Below, piece after piece: positions 9,928-20,163 of a DNA stretch of 64,000 nucleotides; positions within the stretch are counted from its first letter, which is position 1; each line of letters begins with the position of its first letter. The stretch covers positions 1,664,001 to 1,728,000 of the forward strand of contig OZ242383.1 in assembly GCA_965209155.1 (NCBI GenBank), read 5' to 3'. The position numbers were made by a program, and so were the translations under genes. The notes beneath the pieces are model-generated. The model had not been told where the DNA came from, did no database searches, and saw nothing but the letters and a program-made list of their open reading frames with translations. The DNA comes from a bacterium. Lineage in GTDB: Bacteria > SAR324 > NAC60-12.

Positions 9928-11067
9928 ATGAGCAAGCGAGTAGCAATTATTGGTGAATCAGGCAATGGGGACTATGGACATTGGTTAGACAAGGCCTTTG
10001 TGGGCGTGGAAGGCGCCGAGATCGTCGCTTTGGCCGACTCGGATGAGGCTGGACGCAAAAAACATATGGAAATCACCGGCGCTTTGAGGGGTTATGCCGA
10101 TTATCATGAAATGTTGAAGACCGAAAAACCGGACATTGCGGTGATCGCTCCCCATGAATTGAACCTTTACCTGCCCATGGTGCTGGCGGCAGCCGAACAG
10201 GGAGCCCATGTTTATGTCGAAAAACCACTCGCGGCAACTGTGGGAGCCGTGGATGCCATGATGGAGGCGTGTGAGAAGGCAGGCGTTCTCCTGGTGACAG
10301 CCCTTCCCTGGCGGGGGCATCCGGAGATTCAAAAAAAGGCCATTCCACTGCTCAAGGAGGGGGAAATTGGGATCCCGCAATGGGCTCGGATTCACGGTCC
10401 CGCTCCGACGTGGGCCCCTGAATATGGAGATTGGGTTGTCTTTAGCGGGGACATGTGGATGTTCGATCTCTTTCCCCATCACTACGATTTCATCTTTCAA
10501 ATTTTTGGAACCCCGCTTTGGTGCCAGTCCCTCATCACGCAGGATGGCCGTCCGGCAACCTCTGCCGACCTCACCCCTGGAAATTTCGGGTTGAAATGGA
10601 CCGCGGGTAATGGGATTTTGGCACACTACCAATTTGATGGATTCATTGCCGAATTTGTCTCCATCCTGGGTTCCAATCACGGTCAGGAGCGGGGAAGAGC
10701 CACCCTGTATGGTATCGAAATCCATGGCACCACGGGCACTCTCTTTCTCCCTGGTGCGACCTGGGATGGACCGGACATCTATTACCACCCCCATGCCCAC
10801 CCGACCATTCCCGGAGATGATCTCTGGGAGGTGCTGGTGGACAATACCCTCTCTGCCCGGGAAAAATGGCTCAATGCCCACCACCGCTCGGCCCGCGCCA
10901 TGATAGACATGATTGATGGAAAACCCCCGGAATATGAACTTTGTCTGGGTCCCGCTGCCCGCATCAGCACCGAAATGGCCATCGCGGCCCGTGTGTCTCA
11001 CATTAAGGGAGCCCGGGTCCCCTTTTCCCTGGAGGAAAAGGGCGACCCCTTCGAGACATGGAAGTAA
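9928..11067 (+). CDS. Gfo/Idh/MocA-family oxidoreductase
   Basis: RVAIIG, GAHVYVEKP; start at 9928 after GGAG. Confidence 0.85.
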   Translation: MSKRVAIIGESGNGDYGHWLDKAFVGVEGAEIVALADSDEAGRKKHMEITGALRGYADYHEMLKTEKPDIAVIAPHELNLYLPMVLAAAEQGAHVYVEKPLAATVGAVDAMMEACEKAGVLLVTALPWRGHPEIQKKAIPLLKEGEIGIPQWARIHGPAPTWAPEYGDWVVFSGDMWMFDLFPHHYDFIFQIFGTPLWCQSLITQDGRPATSADLTPGNFGLKWTAGNGILAHYQFDGFIAEFVSILGSNHGQERGRATLYGIEIHGTTGTLFLPGATWDGPDIYYHPHAHPTIPGDDLWEVLVDNTLSAREKWLNAHHRSARAMIDMIDGKPPEYELCLGPAARISTEMAIAARVSHIKGARVPFSLEEKGDPFETWK

Positions 11068-11098
11068 TAATTCTTTATTTTTGGAAAGGAAACGCAAC

Positions 11099-12127
11099 AT
11101 GGCAAAAAATTACACACTCCTCATCGGCACCGTCGGTCAAGGGCTGAACGTGAGTGCCGATGGCGGTGAATCCTGGACCCCCATCTATCAGCCTATGTGG
11201 CATGAGTCCAACGTCAGGGCGTTGTGCGTGGATCCATCCAACCCCCGGCGGGTATTGGCCGGGGTTGATGGTCATCAATTATTACCCTCATCTCAAGTGG
11301 GCGTTTTCCGCAGCGAAGACGGCGGGGTGACCTGGGAAAATCTGGATGCCCCCACAGCGGGCCTTGAAATCTGGTCGGTCACTGTAGATCCCACGGACCC
11401 GGACACCCTATTCGTAGGTACGCGACCCGAGGGATTCCGCTCCAGGGATGGGGGAAAGACTTGGAGCAAGCTTCAAATGGGCGTAACCATGAAGAGCCCC
11501 CTGTCTCCTGCACTTCCTGACTCGCCGCCGCGGACCACCTGCATGATGGTAGATCCCAGGGACAACCACACCATCTGGGCTGGCATGGAGGTTGACGGGG
11601 TTTACAAGAGCCTGGATGGCGGCGACACCTGGGTCCACCTTCCCGACCTGGGGCCTAACCCCTTCCATGGCGACATTCACAGTATGGCTCTGAAGACTGG
11701 CGCCCATTCCGCAGTCTACTGTACCTCGCCCTTTGGCATCGCCACCAGCCACGACGAAGGCGAAAGCTGGGATTACCACAATTTTCCTAAGTTCCATGAA
11801 TCAGATGGCGGGTCCTACTGCCGCGGCATGGTCATCAAAGCGGATAACCCCGATGTTATGTTTGTTGGCAACGGCGACACGATTCCCGGTGTCACCGGTG
11901 CCGTGCAGCGCACCCAGGATGCCGGGAAAAGTTGGCAACCGGTGTCCCTGCCAGTAGAACCCAACTCCCATATCTATGGGATGGCCACTCACAAGGAGCG
12001 GCCCAACGTAATCGTTGCGACCAGCTTCTATGGCTACGTGTACCTGAGCGAAGACGGAGGTGATTCCTGGCAAAAGCTGCAAAAGGAGTTTGGCGAGGTC
12101 CGTTCTGTGGCCTTGCTGCCAAACTAG
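11099..12127 (+). CDS. BNR/Asp-box beta-propeller protein (Ycf48/VPS10-like), no signal peptide
   Basis: Repeated S-x-D-G-G-x-[ST]-W boxes (SADGGESW, SEDGGVTW, SRDGGKTW, SLDGGDTW, SEDGGDSW). Confidence 0.85.
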   Translation: MAKNYTLLIGTVGQGLNVSADGGESWTPIYQPMWHESNVRALCVDPSNPRRVLAGVDGHQLLPSSQVGVFRSEDGGVTWENLDAPTAGLEIWSVTVDPTDPDTLFVGTRPEGFRSRDGGKTWSKLQMGVTMKSPLSPALPDSPPRTTCMMVDPRDNHTIWAGMEVDGVYKSLDGGDTWVHLPDLGPNPFHGDIHSMALKTGAHSAVYCTSPFGIATSHDEGESWDYHNFPKFHESDGGSYCRGMVIKADNPDVMFVGNGDTIPGVTGAVQRTQDAGKSWQPVSLPVEPNSHIYGMATHKERPNVIVATSFYGYVYLSEDGGDSWQKLQKEFGEVRSVALLPN

Positions 12128-12214
12128 CTTACGAACTTTTGCCCTACGGTTCTGGGGCTTCTGACAGAGACTACCATGCTTGGTATACGATCAAACAATT
12201 TTAGGAGGTAATCA

Positions 12215-12880
12215 ATGAAGCTACTGATGATTTCTGGAGGGATGGACCACCCCTTTGTGGTAACCACACCCATTATTGAAGATTTTCTGAAGGCGGCCGG
12301 TCATGATGTTCGCGTTACGGAAGACGCTTCCGTCCTTAAAGAGCCTGTCAACATGAAAAGCTACGATGCGCTGGTCTTCAATACGAAACGGGAATCCATC
12401 TTTCGTTTCAACCACGGACTTTTTAACTGGTCCGAAAAAGAACAAGTTGGGATAAAAGAATTTATAAGCTCGGGTAAAGGCCTCGTCTGTCTCCACATCT
12501 CCTGTTATTTGGATTTAAGCTGGCCGGATTACCACGACATTACCGGCGGAGGCTGGATCGACTATAAAAGCCACCATTCACCTTACGGCGAGGTCATCGT
12601 GAACGTAAGCGACCCGAAACATCCGGGGATCCACGGCGTAGCAGACTTCACGACAGACGATGAACTTTACATGGGCATGGGGTGCAGAGACGATAATGAT
12701 GTCTTCATCACTGGGACAACTGAAGATTTTCCGGGAGGGGCCTTTCCCTTAGGGTGGACTCGCAAGTATGGCGATGGAAAAGTCTTCGTTTTATTGCTGG
12801 GGCATGATGGCCAGAGTTGCCAGACCGTGGAATTTCAGAAGATCGTTCTGAATGGGGTGGACTGGGTCACTGGTGGGTAA
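12215..12880 (+). CDS. ThuA-like (class I GATase-like fold) protein
   Basis: SGGMDHPF, GKGLVCLH, DELY, W...YGDGKVF...LGH. Confidence 0.85.
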   Translation: MKLLMISGGMDHPFVVTTPIIEDFLKAAGHDVRVTEDASVLKEPVNMKSYDALVFNTKRESIFRFNHGLFNWSEKEQVGIKEFISSGKGLVCLHISCYLDLSWPDYHDITGGGWIDYKSHHSPYGEVIVNVSDPKHPGIHGVADFTTDDELYMGMGCRDDNDVFITGTTEDFPGGAFPLGWTRKYGDGKVFVLLLGHDGQSCQTVEFQKIVLNGVDWVTGG

Positions 12881-12936
12881 ACCAAAGAAGGCATTGACAG
12901 TCCCCAGGTTAGCGGCATGTGTGTCAGGTTAAGCGA

Positions 12937-13041
12937 TTCCCCCTTTTTTTCAAAGGGGGTTAGGGCCGTCCGCGGAAGCGGGATTTTTTAGGTGGAATCG
13001 CCATTGAAATCCCCCCTGGCCCCCCTTTGCAAAGGGGGGAA
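12937..13041. repeat. Intergenic palindromic (REP-like) element
   Basis: Paired hairpins CCCCCTTT-...-AAAGGGGG and CCCCCCTTTGCAAAGGGGGG. Confidence 0.6.
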
Positions 13042-13139
13042 TATTCTCTGTAAATTCAATAGGGTATAAGATGTGTCCAGTGTCAAATCCCTGTAGGGGG
13101 AGACAAACTACCATCAATCATCAATAAAAGAGGGAAATC

Positions 13140-13880
13140 ATGAGACTGAAAGACAAGGTCGCTTTTATCAGTGGAGGAGCCAGGGGTATTGGCGCAGGGA
13201 TTGCCAAGCTGTTTGCCAGGGAGGGGGCCAATGTGGTCATTGGAGACGTGCTGGAAGAAGAAGGGCGTCAGACCGAGACCGAAATTAATGAAACCGGTGG
13301 CGAGTGCTTCTTCGTCCGGTTAGATGTCACCAGCGAGGCCGGGTGGCAGCATGCCGTGGCGTCCACGGTCGCCCGCTTCGGGAAACTGAACGTGCTGGTG
13401 AACAATGCGGGTACTTGCCGATTCGCTCGGGTGGAGGAGATCACCAGCGAGCAGTGGGATCGGGATTTGGATATAAATGCCAAGGGTGCATTTCTGGGGA
13501 CAAAACACGCCATCCCCGAGATGCGGAAAGCGGGTGGTGGCTCCATGATCAACATCTCTACGATTGGTGCGCTGGGACTAGCCGACAAGGTGACGTCGTG
13601 CACCTACGGCATGTCCAAGTCTGCGATGCGTAGTTTGACCAAGTCCACCGCTATTCAATACGCCTCGGAAGGGATCCGCGTCAACTCCATACTTCCGGGC
13701 GTCATCGAAACAATGATGACCGCCGACAGAGCGCAGGAGCTGTTGAAGAAGATTCCTCTGGGCCGTTTGGGCCAGCCGGAAGAGGTGGCCTACGGTGCCC
13801 TTTACCTGGCTTCGGACGAGTCCTCTTATGTCACCGGCAGCGATTTGGTCATTGACGCTGGAGTAATCGCAGGGGGGTGA
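13140..13880 (+). CDS. Short-chain dehydrogenase/reductase
   Basis: SGGARGIG, NNAG, YGMSK, SSYVTG. Confidence 0.93.
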   Translation: MRLKDKVAFISGGARGIGAGIAKLFAREGANVVIGDVLEEEGRQTETEINETGGECFFVRLDVTSEAGWQHAVASTVARFGKLNVLVNNAGTCRFARVEEITSEQWDRDLDINAKGAFLGTKHAIPEMRKAGGGSMINISTIGALGLADKVTSCTYGMSKSAMRSLTKSTAIQYASEGIRVNSILPGVIETMMTADRAQELLKKIPLGRLGQPEEVAYGALYLASDESSYVTGSDLVIDAGVIAGG

Positions 13881-14008
13881 TGGGTAAGTAAGGAATTTAT
13901 GCTGCAATTTAAAATGATTGCAGATGCACCCCCCTCCCCTAGCTCGCTTCCGCGTACGGCTCCCACGAGGAGAGGGGAGCCATTTAACTGAATTCTTAGG
14001 AGCTATCT

Positions 14009-15094
14009 ATGCCAATATTGACGAAACATCAGATCGTCCGTATAACAGATGTGATGTTGCAGGCGGGAGGCGCCCTGGCCGGCCACGCCAGTATCGTGGC
14101 GGACCACCTGGCCCAGGCCAATCTTGCGGGATACGATTCCCATGGGTTCATTCGCCTACCCCAGTACCTGAAAGAAATTGAGGAAGGCGTGGTCGATCCA
14201 AGGGCAGAGCCGGAAGTCGTTGGCAACCATGGGGCGATCCTCCAGATCGATGGCCATTCTACCTTCGGACAGGTGGTTGCCACACGAGCGACCGAAATGG
14301 CGATCGAGCAGGCCCTTAATCATGGTGTCAGCTTGGTGAGTATGGGAAACCGGACTCATACAGGTCGCATCGGAACCTACCCTGAAATGGCAGCAGCGGC
14401 CGGCTTGGCGGCCATCATGTTCACGGGCTGGGCGGGAAAACCGTGGGCCCCCCTGGTTCCCTTTGGTGGACGCGAGGGCCGACTCGGCTCAAACCCTTTA
14501 GCGATGGCATTTCCTCATGCCGAAGGCGCCCCGGTCCTGCTTGATATTTCTGCCTCGATCACCTCTGAGGGCAAGATCCGGGTCTACCGTAATCAGGAAC
14601 AGGAGCTGCCGGATACTTGGATCATTGATAAGCACGGGGTCCCCAGTCGGAACCCGAACGATTTCTACGAGGGGGGTGCCCAATTTCCCCTCGGTGGCCT
14701 GCAAGGCGGCTACAAGGGATATGCGCTCGCGGTCATGATCGCGCTTTTCGGGGGGCTTCTGGGCCAGATCGCTGTTCCTCATGGAAAAACTTATATGGCA
14801 GAAATGTGTGAAGGATCCACGATACTCGCCATCGATATAGGCCGCATGGCGCCCCTGGAAACCATCCGGGCCGAGGTCCAACAGATGATGAAATACCTTC
14901 AAGACTCCCCCCCGATGGAAGGATCGAGCGGGGTTGTCTTTCCGGGAGAAAGATCCGCCAAGACGCGCCAGGAGCGATTGGCCCAGGGCATCCCGGTGGA
15001 TCCCACCACTTGGGCTCAGGTAGAAGCCCTCTTCGACCCTTACGGGGTCCGTGACCAATTGGCCGATGTCCTTCCCTCTGGAGGACATTTCTAG
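14009..15094 (+). CDS. Ldh_2 family (malate/sulfolactate/ureidoglycolate-type) dehydrogenase
   Basis: GYDSHG, HTGRIG, LGSNPLA, GGYKGYAL, PGE. Confidence 0.9.
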   Translation: MPILTKHQIVRITDVMLQAGGALAGHASIVADHLAQANLAGYDSHGFIRLPQYLKEIEEGVVDPRAEPEVVGNHGAILQIDGHSTFGQVVATRATEMAIEQALNHGVSLVSMGNRTHTGRIGTYPEMAAAAGLAAIMFTGWAGKPWAPLVPFGGREGRLGSNPLAMAFPHAEGAPVLLDISASITSEGKIRVYRNQEQELPDTWIIDKHGVPSRNPNDFYEGGAQFPLGGLQGGYKGYALAVMIALFGGLLGQIAVPHGKTYMAEMCEGSTILAIDIGRMAPLETIRAEVQQMMKYLQDSPPMEGSSGVVFPGERSAKTRQERLAQGIPVDPTTWAQVEALFDPYGVRDQLADVLPSGGHF

Positions 15095-15162
15095 AATGGC
15101 CATAGAGATTAGGATCGAAAAAGACCTTATCCTATATTATTGGCTTGAAAAGGGGTCAAAAG

Positions 15163-15202
15163 GGGTCAAATCTTTTTTCGCTTTATCCAAGGTTTAAATG
15201 TG
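15163..15202 (+). repeat. 40-bp dispersed repeat, copy 1
   Basis: GGGTCAAATCTTTTTTCGCTTTATCCAAGGTTTAAATGTG, 39/40 identical to 61063-61102; preceded by a tandem AAAAGGGGTC duplication. Confidence 0.85.
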
Positions 15203-15661
15203 GGGTAATCCCTTGATACTCTTTGCTCCGCAGAGGATCTTCCACGCTAGGGGACATCGTAGCGACCCTGACTGGTGAGCAGGACTAGTTGGAGGTATCG
15301 CTTGTGAGGGGCATAAAATTTTAGCGGGGATCAGATTCAGCGGCTGCTCTCAGGAGTGATAACAGTAGAGGAGATATCTTTTAAGGCAAGCACACTGATT
15401 TTATCATCCAATGGGAAAGACCCGATTGTATCGATTTAATCCCAGATATCCTTTTTTAAGGGAACGCCAATAATTGTTAGCAAAGTCGATGGCATTCTAC
15501 TAAAGCCTTGTGCAGAAGTAGCAATAAAAGGAATCTGGTAAAGGCAAACTGAAAGTACTCATGGTTCTAGCTCTGATTGCACTTTTATTCTTATAGAGTG
15601 GTCAATGGGTCGATAAAAAGTAGATTTCTTGCTATGGTTTAGGCATCAGTGAATTTAGTAC

Positions 15662-16931
15662 TTATAACGAAATAACTTGAACGTTTTATTGATTCTTTTA
15701 GTATTTTCCGTCATGAACCAAATAGAATTGAAAAAGCGATTTGAGCAAATCGCACCCTATCTTGATGAAAAAGCCAGACGGCTATGGTGTGCTAATGAGG
15801 CTGTCTGTATAGGAAGAGGTGGGATCACTTTTGTAGCTCTCGTTACGGGAGTTTCTCGCACAACCCTTACAGAAGGAGTAAAGGAAATTAAGGGAGAGAA
15901 AACACCTGTAGCAGGGAATGTCCGCAGAAAAGGAGGAGGTAGAAAACGCAGTGCGGAAAAAGATAAACATCTAAAATCAGATATTGCTGTTTTAGTGGAA
16001 TCTTCTACCCGAGGAGATCCTGAATCTCCCTTAAAGTGGACTTCTAAAAGCACGCGTAAACTTGCTGAAGCATTGAATTTGCAAACAAAGCGTGTGAGCC
16101 ACACCCTGATATCACGGTTGCTTTCTGAGACAGGTTATTCGTTGCAAGCTAACAAAAAGACAAAAGAGGGTGGAGATCATCCGGATCGTGATGAACAATT
16201 TCGATTTATCAATGAGAAAACCAAGCGCTTCCAATTCAATGTTCAACCTGTCATTTCTGTAGATGCCAAGAAGAAAGAAAACATTGGGAACTTCAAAAAC
16301 AATGGGAAAGAATATTACCAATCGGGAAAAGCTCCGCAAGTAAATGTCTATGACTTCCTTGATAAAGAAAAAGGGAAGGTTACTCCATATGGAGTCTATG
16401 ATCTCTCAAAAAACAAAGGATGGGTTAGTGTTGGAGTTAGTGCTGATACCGCTCAATTTGCTGTGGCAAGTATTCGAGGCTGGTGGTTCCAAATGGGAAA
16501 AGAATCCTATTCAAATGCTTCTAAACTTTATATCAATGCTGATGGAGGAGGAAGCAATGGATCAAGAACAGGTCTATGGAAAATTGAGTTACAGAAACTG
16601 GCAAATGAACTTCAAATGGAAATTCATGTTTCACACTTTCCTCCAGGAACAAGCAAATGGAATAAGATTGAACACAGAATGTTTAGCTTTATTTCTCAAA
16701 ATTGGCGAGGAAGACCTCTCATTAATCGTGCGACAGTGGTCAACTTAATTGGCAGTACAACTACTAAAACAGGATTGAAAATTACCGCAAGATTGGATGA
16801 GACCCTGTATCAAAAGGGAATTAAGGTTTCTGATAAAGAGTTGGCGGATGTCTCCTTGTAAAAAGAAAATTTCCATGGTGAATGGAATTATAAAATATTA
16901 CCCAAAAATGTTCAGGTTATTTCGTGACAGA
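15662..16931 (+). mobile_element. ISAzo13-family insertion sequence
   Basis: IR cores ACGAAATAACTTGAAC / GTTCAGGTTATTTCGT; possible TAC 3-bp TSD; ends uncertain by about 1 bp. Confidence 0.8.
15713..16927 (+). pseudogene. ISAzo13 transposase with in-frame premature TAA at 16859-16861
   Basis: TRGDPESPLKWT, ISVDAKKKE, ADGGGSNG, PPGTSKWNKIEHR; conserved FHGEWNY continues in frame after the stop. Confidence 0.8.
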
Positions 16932-17189
16932 TACATGAAAAATCGTCCTGGACAGTTTGAATACAAATCAGCTATTGATCAACAACTCCCTATCGGCTCT
17001 GGAAAAATTGAAAGCGCCCATCGTTCCCTCATCCAAAAACGGCTCAAACTCCCGGGCGCTTGGTGGAAAAAACAACATGCCGATCAGATGATTCAACTCA
17101 GGGTGGCAAGAGCCAATGGAAAATGGGATTGTTATTGGCAACAACTACAAAGAGCTTAATTGAGATGCCCCTCACTTTTAATTACACCC
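16932..17189 (+). pseudogene. C-terminal remnant of an ISKra4/UPF0236-type transposase with probable right end
   Basis: LPIGSGKIESAHRSLIQKRLKLPGAWW; candidate end CCCTCACTTTTAATTACACCC. Confidence 0.7.
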
Positions 17190-17411
17190 ATTGGAAATTT
17201 TCCGTTTGAAATTGGCTTTCTTTCTTCAATACTGTTTTTCCAAAGTTTTTTCTAGCAATATTTTTAAATAGGAAGGAAGAATCGAGGTCCTTACCATAGG
17301 ACTCAATATGCTACCCGATGCCGGGCTGACCAGCCAAAGTCGTCCCTGGCGTGATATCGTCGGCCAGGCGGAAACGCGAGCAAAACTCCTTGAAGGGGGA
17401 TAATCAATGTG

Positions 17412-17558
17412 ATCAGTTTTCTGCTCTTTGATATGGATGACCTTGGCGTCGAAGTCCGTCCCATCAAATTGATCAGCGGCAGCTCCGCATTTTGCGAAGT
17501 GTTTTTTGATAATGTGAAAGTTCCCAAGCGAAATCTGGTTGGCTTCAATGGGGGCTGA
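17412..17558 (+). pseudogene. Acyl-CoA dehydrogenase internal fragment
   Basis: Manual translation ISFLLFDMDDLGVEVRPIKLISGSSAFCEVFFDNVKVPKRNLVG. Confidence 0.7.
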
Positions 17559-18009
17559 TATTGTTATCGCATCCCGCGATGAAGACCTGAATACTAACAT
17601 TGAGTGAAAACGAAAGAAAATGAAAAAAGCTAATTTTATATATATCCTTGTTATAAGAATAGTTGGCATTTTGTCAGCTAATGCTCTAGAATGAAGATGA
17701 AAAAATCAGGTTTAAAAAATGTATGGTGATAATCACTATGAAATTGTACAAGTCCTTTGACGTTGTAAAACGCGGAACGGGGAAATTAATAAATGATTGG
17801 CGATGTCCATTCCTGAACTTTGGAACTTTAAAATGGCTGCGGGGGTGTTTGAGGCTTTTTTGCTGCCAATGAATACCGGTTTAAGATGGGGAAGTTGATT
17901 CCCGACGAAAGTGCCTTAATTCATGCAGGCGGGAGCAGTGTAGGCAGTGTAGAAACCTCAAATGGCTTATCTCATTAAGTTTTGGCTTGTAAAATACGAA
18001 TAATAAAAT

Positions 18010-18163
18010 GCGAATCAGGAGTTGAAATTTAATTTATAAAATCAATAATTTAATAATTATGATGTGTCATGCCGGACTTGATCCGGCATCCAAAATATCG
18101 CCCGTATCGCCCTGGATTCCTGGTCAAGCCAGGAATGACACGTTTTTTAACTCCTGATTCACG
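18010..18163. repeat. MITE-like family B enclosing a REP-like double hairpin
   Basis: IRs GAATCAGGAGTT / AACTCCTGATTC; inner GTCATGCCGGACTTGATCCGGCAT and ATTCCTGGTCAAGCCAGGAATGAC; inverted copy at 36201. Confidence 0.8.
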
Positions 18164-18172
18164 TAATGAAAT

Positions 18173-19213
18173 ATGTCTCTCCATTCTACAAAACATTTTC
18201 TCCAAACAAGAGATTTGGATGAAATCGTGGTTCCGATCCAAACAGAATTGGATTTGGGTAAGCAAGCAATTCAAAACAATTTGGATATACATTTACCTTT
18301 GCTGGCAAAGGTAATTGATCGTATGCAAGCCTCCCAAAAATTACCCTTACGGTCTATTTTGCTGTCTTTGAGTGGCCGCTTGTTTTCGTATACGGGAAGT
18401 GAATTGCCCCACATTGCCAGCGTATTGGAATATTTGAACACTGCGGCAGCCCTCCATCAAAAAATAATTTTAACTGAAGAGTTCCGAAGATATCAAAAAG
18501 TTTTTTCAAATATTTGGGGCAATGAGGCAAGTGTTCTTCTGGGAGACTACCTGTTGTCCATCGCATTTAAAACCATGACACGATTGGGGAATTTCGAATT
18601 ATTGGATACAATTTCTGCCACGACGCAAGCCATTGCCCGAGGCCAGCTTTTGTCCATTTCCTCCTTTTCATGGAATCATGCTGAAAGCCACGCTTTAGAA
18701 ATAATTCAAAATAAGAAAGCAAGCTTGTTCATGGCAGGCGTTAAATGCGGGGCGATACTGGGAAAGGCCAATCCGGAAATTCAGCAAGCACTGAACGAAT
18801 TCGGATTCAATCTGGGAATGGGTATTGTGTTGAAAAAAGAATTGGCATTTATACACAATCCCAACTTGCTGAAGATGGCTGTTAAGAATAACGATCCAAT
18901 TTTTCCTTTGTGCGCAATGATGCAGAAAATGCATACTCGAAGACAGCAATCGTGCTTGGAAAAGATACTGTCACGAATTTCACAAAACAATTTCTCTGAA
19001 GCGTGTGAAGAAAGGCTGCAATTCTTACTTCAAGAAAATCTGATTTACGAGCACACGAGAAATCTGATTCACAATTTTCTTGAAAAAAGCGAGAGGGCTT
19101 TGACCCCATTGACTCATTTGGATACCTCATTCCTGTTCAAGTTCGCTCAAAAACTGCTTGGACCTGAATCTTTTTATCCGGGAAATGGGATAACGGAGAC
19201 CTACAGATTTTAA
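18173..19213 (+). CDS. Polyprenyl synthetase (IspB-like) homologue lacking both Asp-rich motifs
   Basis: [26 protein letters not shown] conserved; LHQKIIL and VLKKELA replace the DDxxD motifs. Confidence 0.8.
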   Translation: MSLHSTKHFLQTRDLDEIVVPIQTELDLGKQAIQNNLDIHLPLLAKVIDRMQASQKLPLRSILLSLSGRLFSYTGSELPHIASVLEYLNTAAALHQKIILTEEFRRYQKVFSNIWGNEASVLLGDYLLSIAFKTMTRLGNFELLDTISATTQAIARGQLLSISSFSWNHAESHALEIIQNKKASLFMAGVKCGAILGKANPEIQQALNEFGFNLGMGIVLKKELAFIHNPNLLKMAVKNNDPIFPLCAMMQKMHTRRQQSCLEKILSRISQNNFSEACEERLQFLLQENLIYEHTRNLIHNFLEKSERALTPLTHLDTSFLFKFAQKLLGPESFYPGNGITETYRF

Positions 19214-19236
19214 TTTTTCTGAAACAGGGGTTAAAA

Positions 19237-20163
19237 ATGACTGACTGGCGAGAACAACATTTGAAACAACTCGAGCATGAGGCGATCCATATTATTCGTG
19301 AAGTTGTAGCCGAGTTTCAAAATCCGGTAATGCTTTATTCGGTCGGAAAAGATTCTTCGTGCATGATACGATTGGCCCAGAAAGCCTTTTATCCGGGGAA
19401 ATTCCCTTTCCCTCTCATGCATGTGGACACGGGGTACAAATTTCAGGAGATGTATCAATTCAGGGACAACTTCGCTAAGGAAATCGGTGCCAAATTGCTT
19501 GTGGAACGTAATGAGGAAGCCATTCGAAATGGAGCACATCCCCAGAAGTTGGGAGCGGACAAATGTTGTGCTCAATTGAAAACCCGTGCGCTTCTGGACG
19601 CATTGAACAAACACGAATTTGACGCCGCTTTTGGCGGTGCTCGACGAGATGAAGAAAAATCGCGCGCCAAGGAACGAATCTTTTCGGTTCGAGATGAGTT
19701 CGGACAGTGGAATCCCAAAGACCAACGTCCTGAACTTTGGAATTTGTACAATGGTGAAATCAACCCCGGTCAATCAGTACGTGTGTTTCCTTTGAGCAAT
19801 TGGACAGAAGCTGACATCTGGCTGTATATCAAACTGGAGAAAATACCTTTGGTACCACTCTATTTTGCACGGAAACGCAAGGTTGTTGTGCGTAGTGGAA
19901 TCACAATTCCGTTGAAGCTTTACGATGTCGTGGATCCGGCGGGAAAAGAACCCGTTCGGGAAGAGGAAGTGCAAGAAACGATGTGCCGCTTTCGCAGTTT
20001 GGGTTGTGGTCCCTGTACCGGTGCCATTCAATCAGAAGCCCAGAGCTTGGATGATATCATCGAGGAAGTAAGGCAAACCAAGAAATCGGAACGGGAAAAT
20101 CGTATTATAGATTTGACCAGTGATTCTTCCATGGAACAAAAAAAACGGGAGGGGTATTTTTAG
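19237..20163 (+). CDS. cysD: Sulfate adenylyltransferase subunit 2
   Basis: [39 protein letters not shown]. Confidence 0.97.
   Translation: MTDWREQHLKQLEHEAIHIIREVVAEFQNPVMLYSVGKDSSCMIRLAQKAFYPGKFPFPLMHVDTGYKFQEMYQFRDNFAKEIGAKLLVERNEEAIRNGAHPQKLGADKCCAQLKTRALLDALNKHEFDAAFGGARRDEEKSRAKERIFSVRDEFGQWNPKDQRPELWNLYNGEINPGQSVRVFPLSNWTEADIWLYIKLEKIPLVPLYFARKRKVVVRSGITIPLKLYDVVDPAGKEPVREEEVQETMCRFRSLGCGPCTGAIQSEAQSLDDIIEEVRQTKKSERENRIIDLTSDSSMEQKKREGYF

Noticed and set aside
9985..11100. 371-aa antisense ORF and similar long shadow ORFs
   Set aside because: Lie opposite well-supported genes and carry no recognisable motifs
16797..17159. 120-aa ORF as a real gene
   Set aside because: Chimera of an off-frame ISAzo13 end and the ISKra4 remnant
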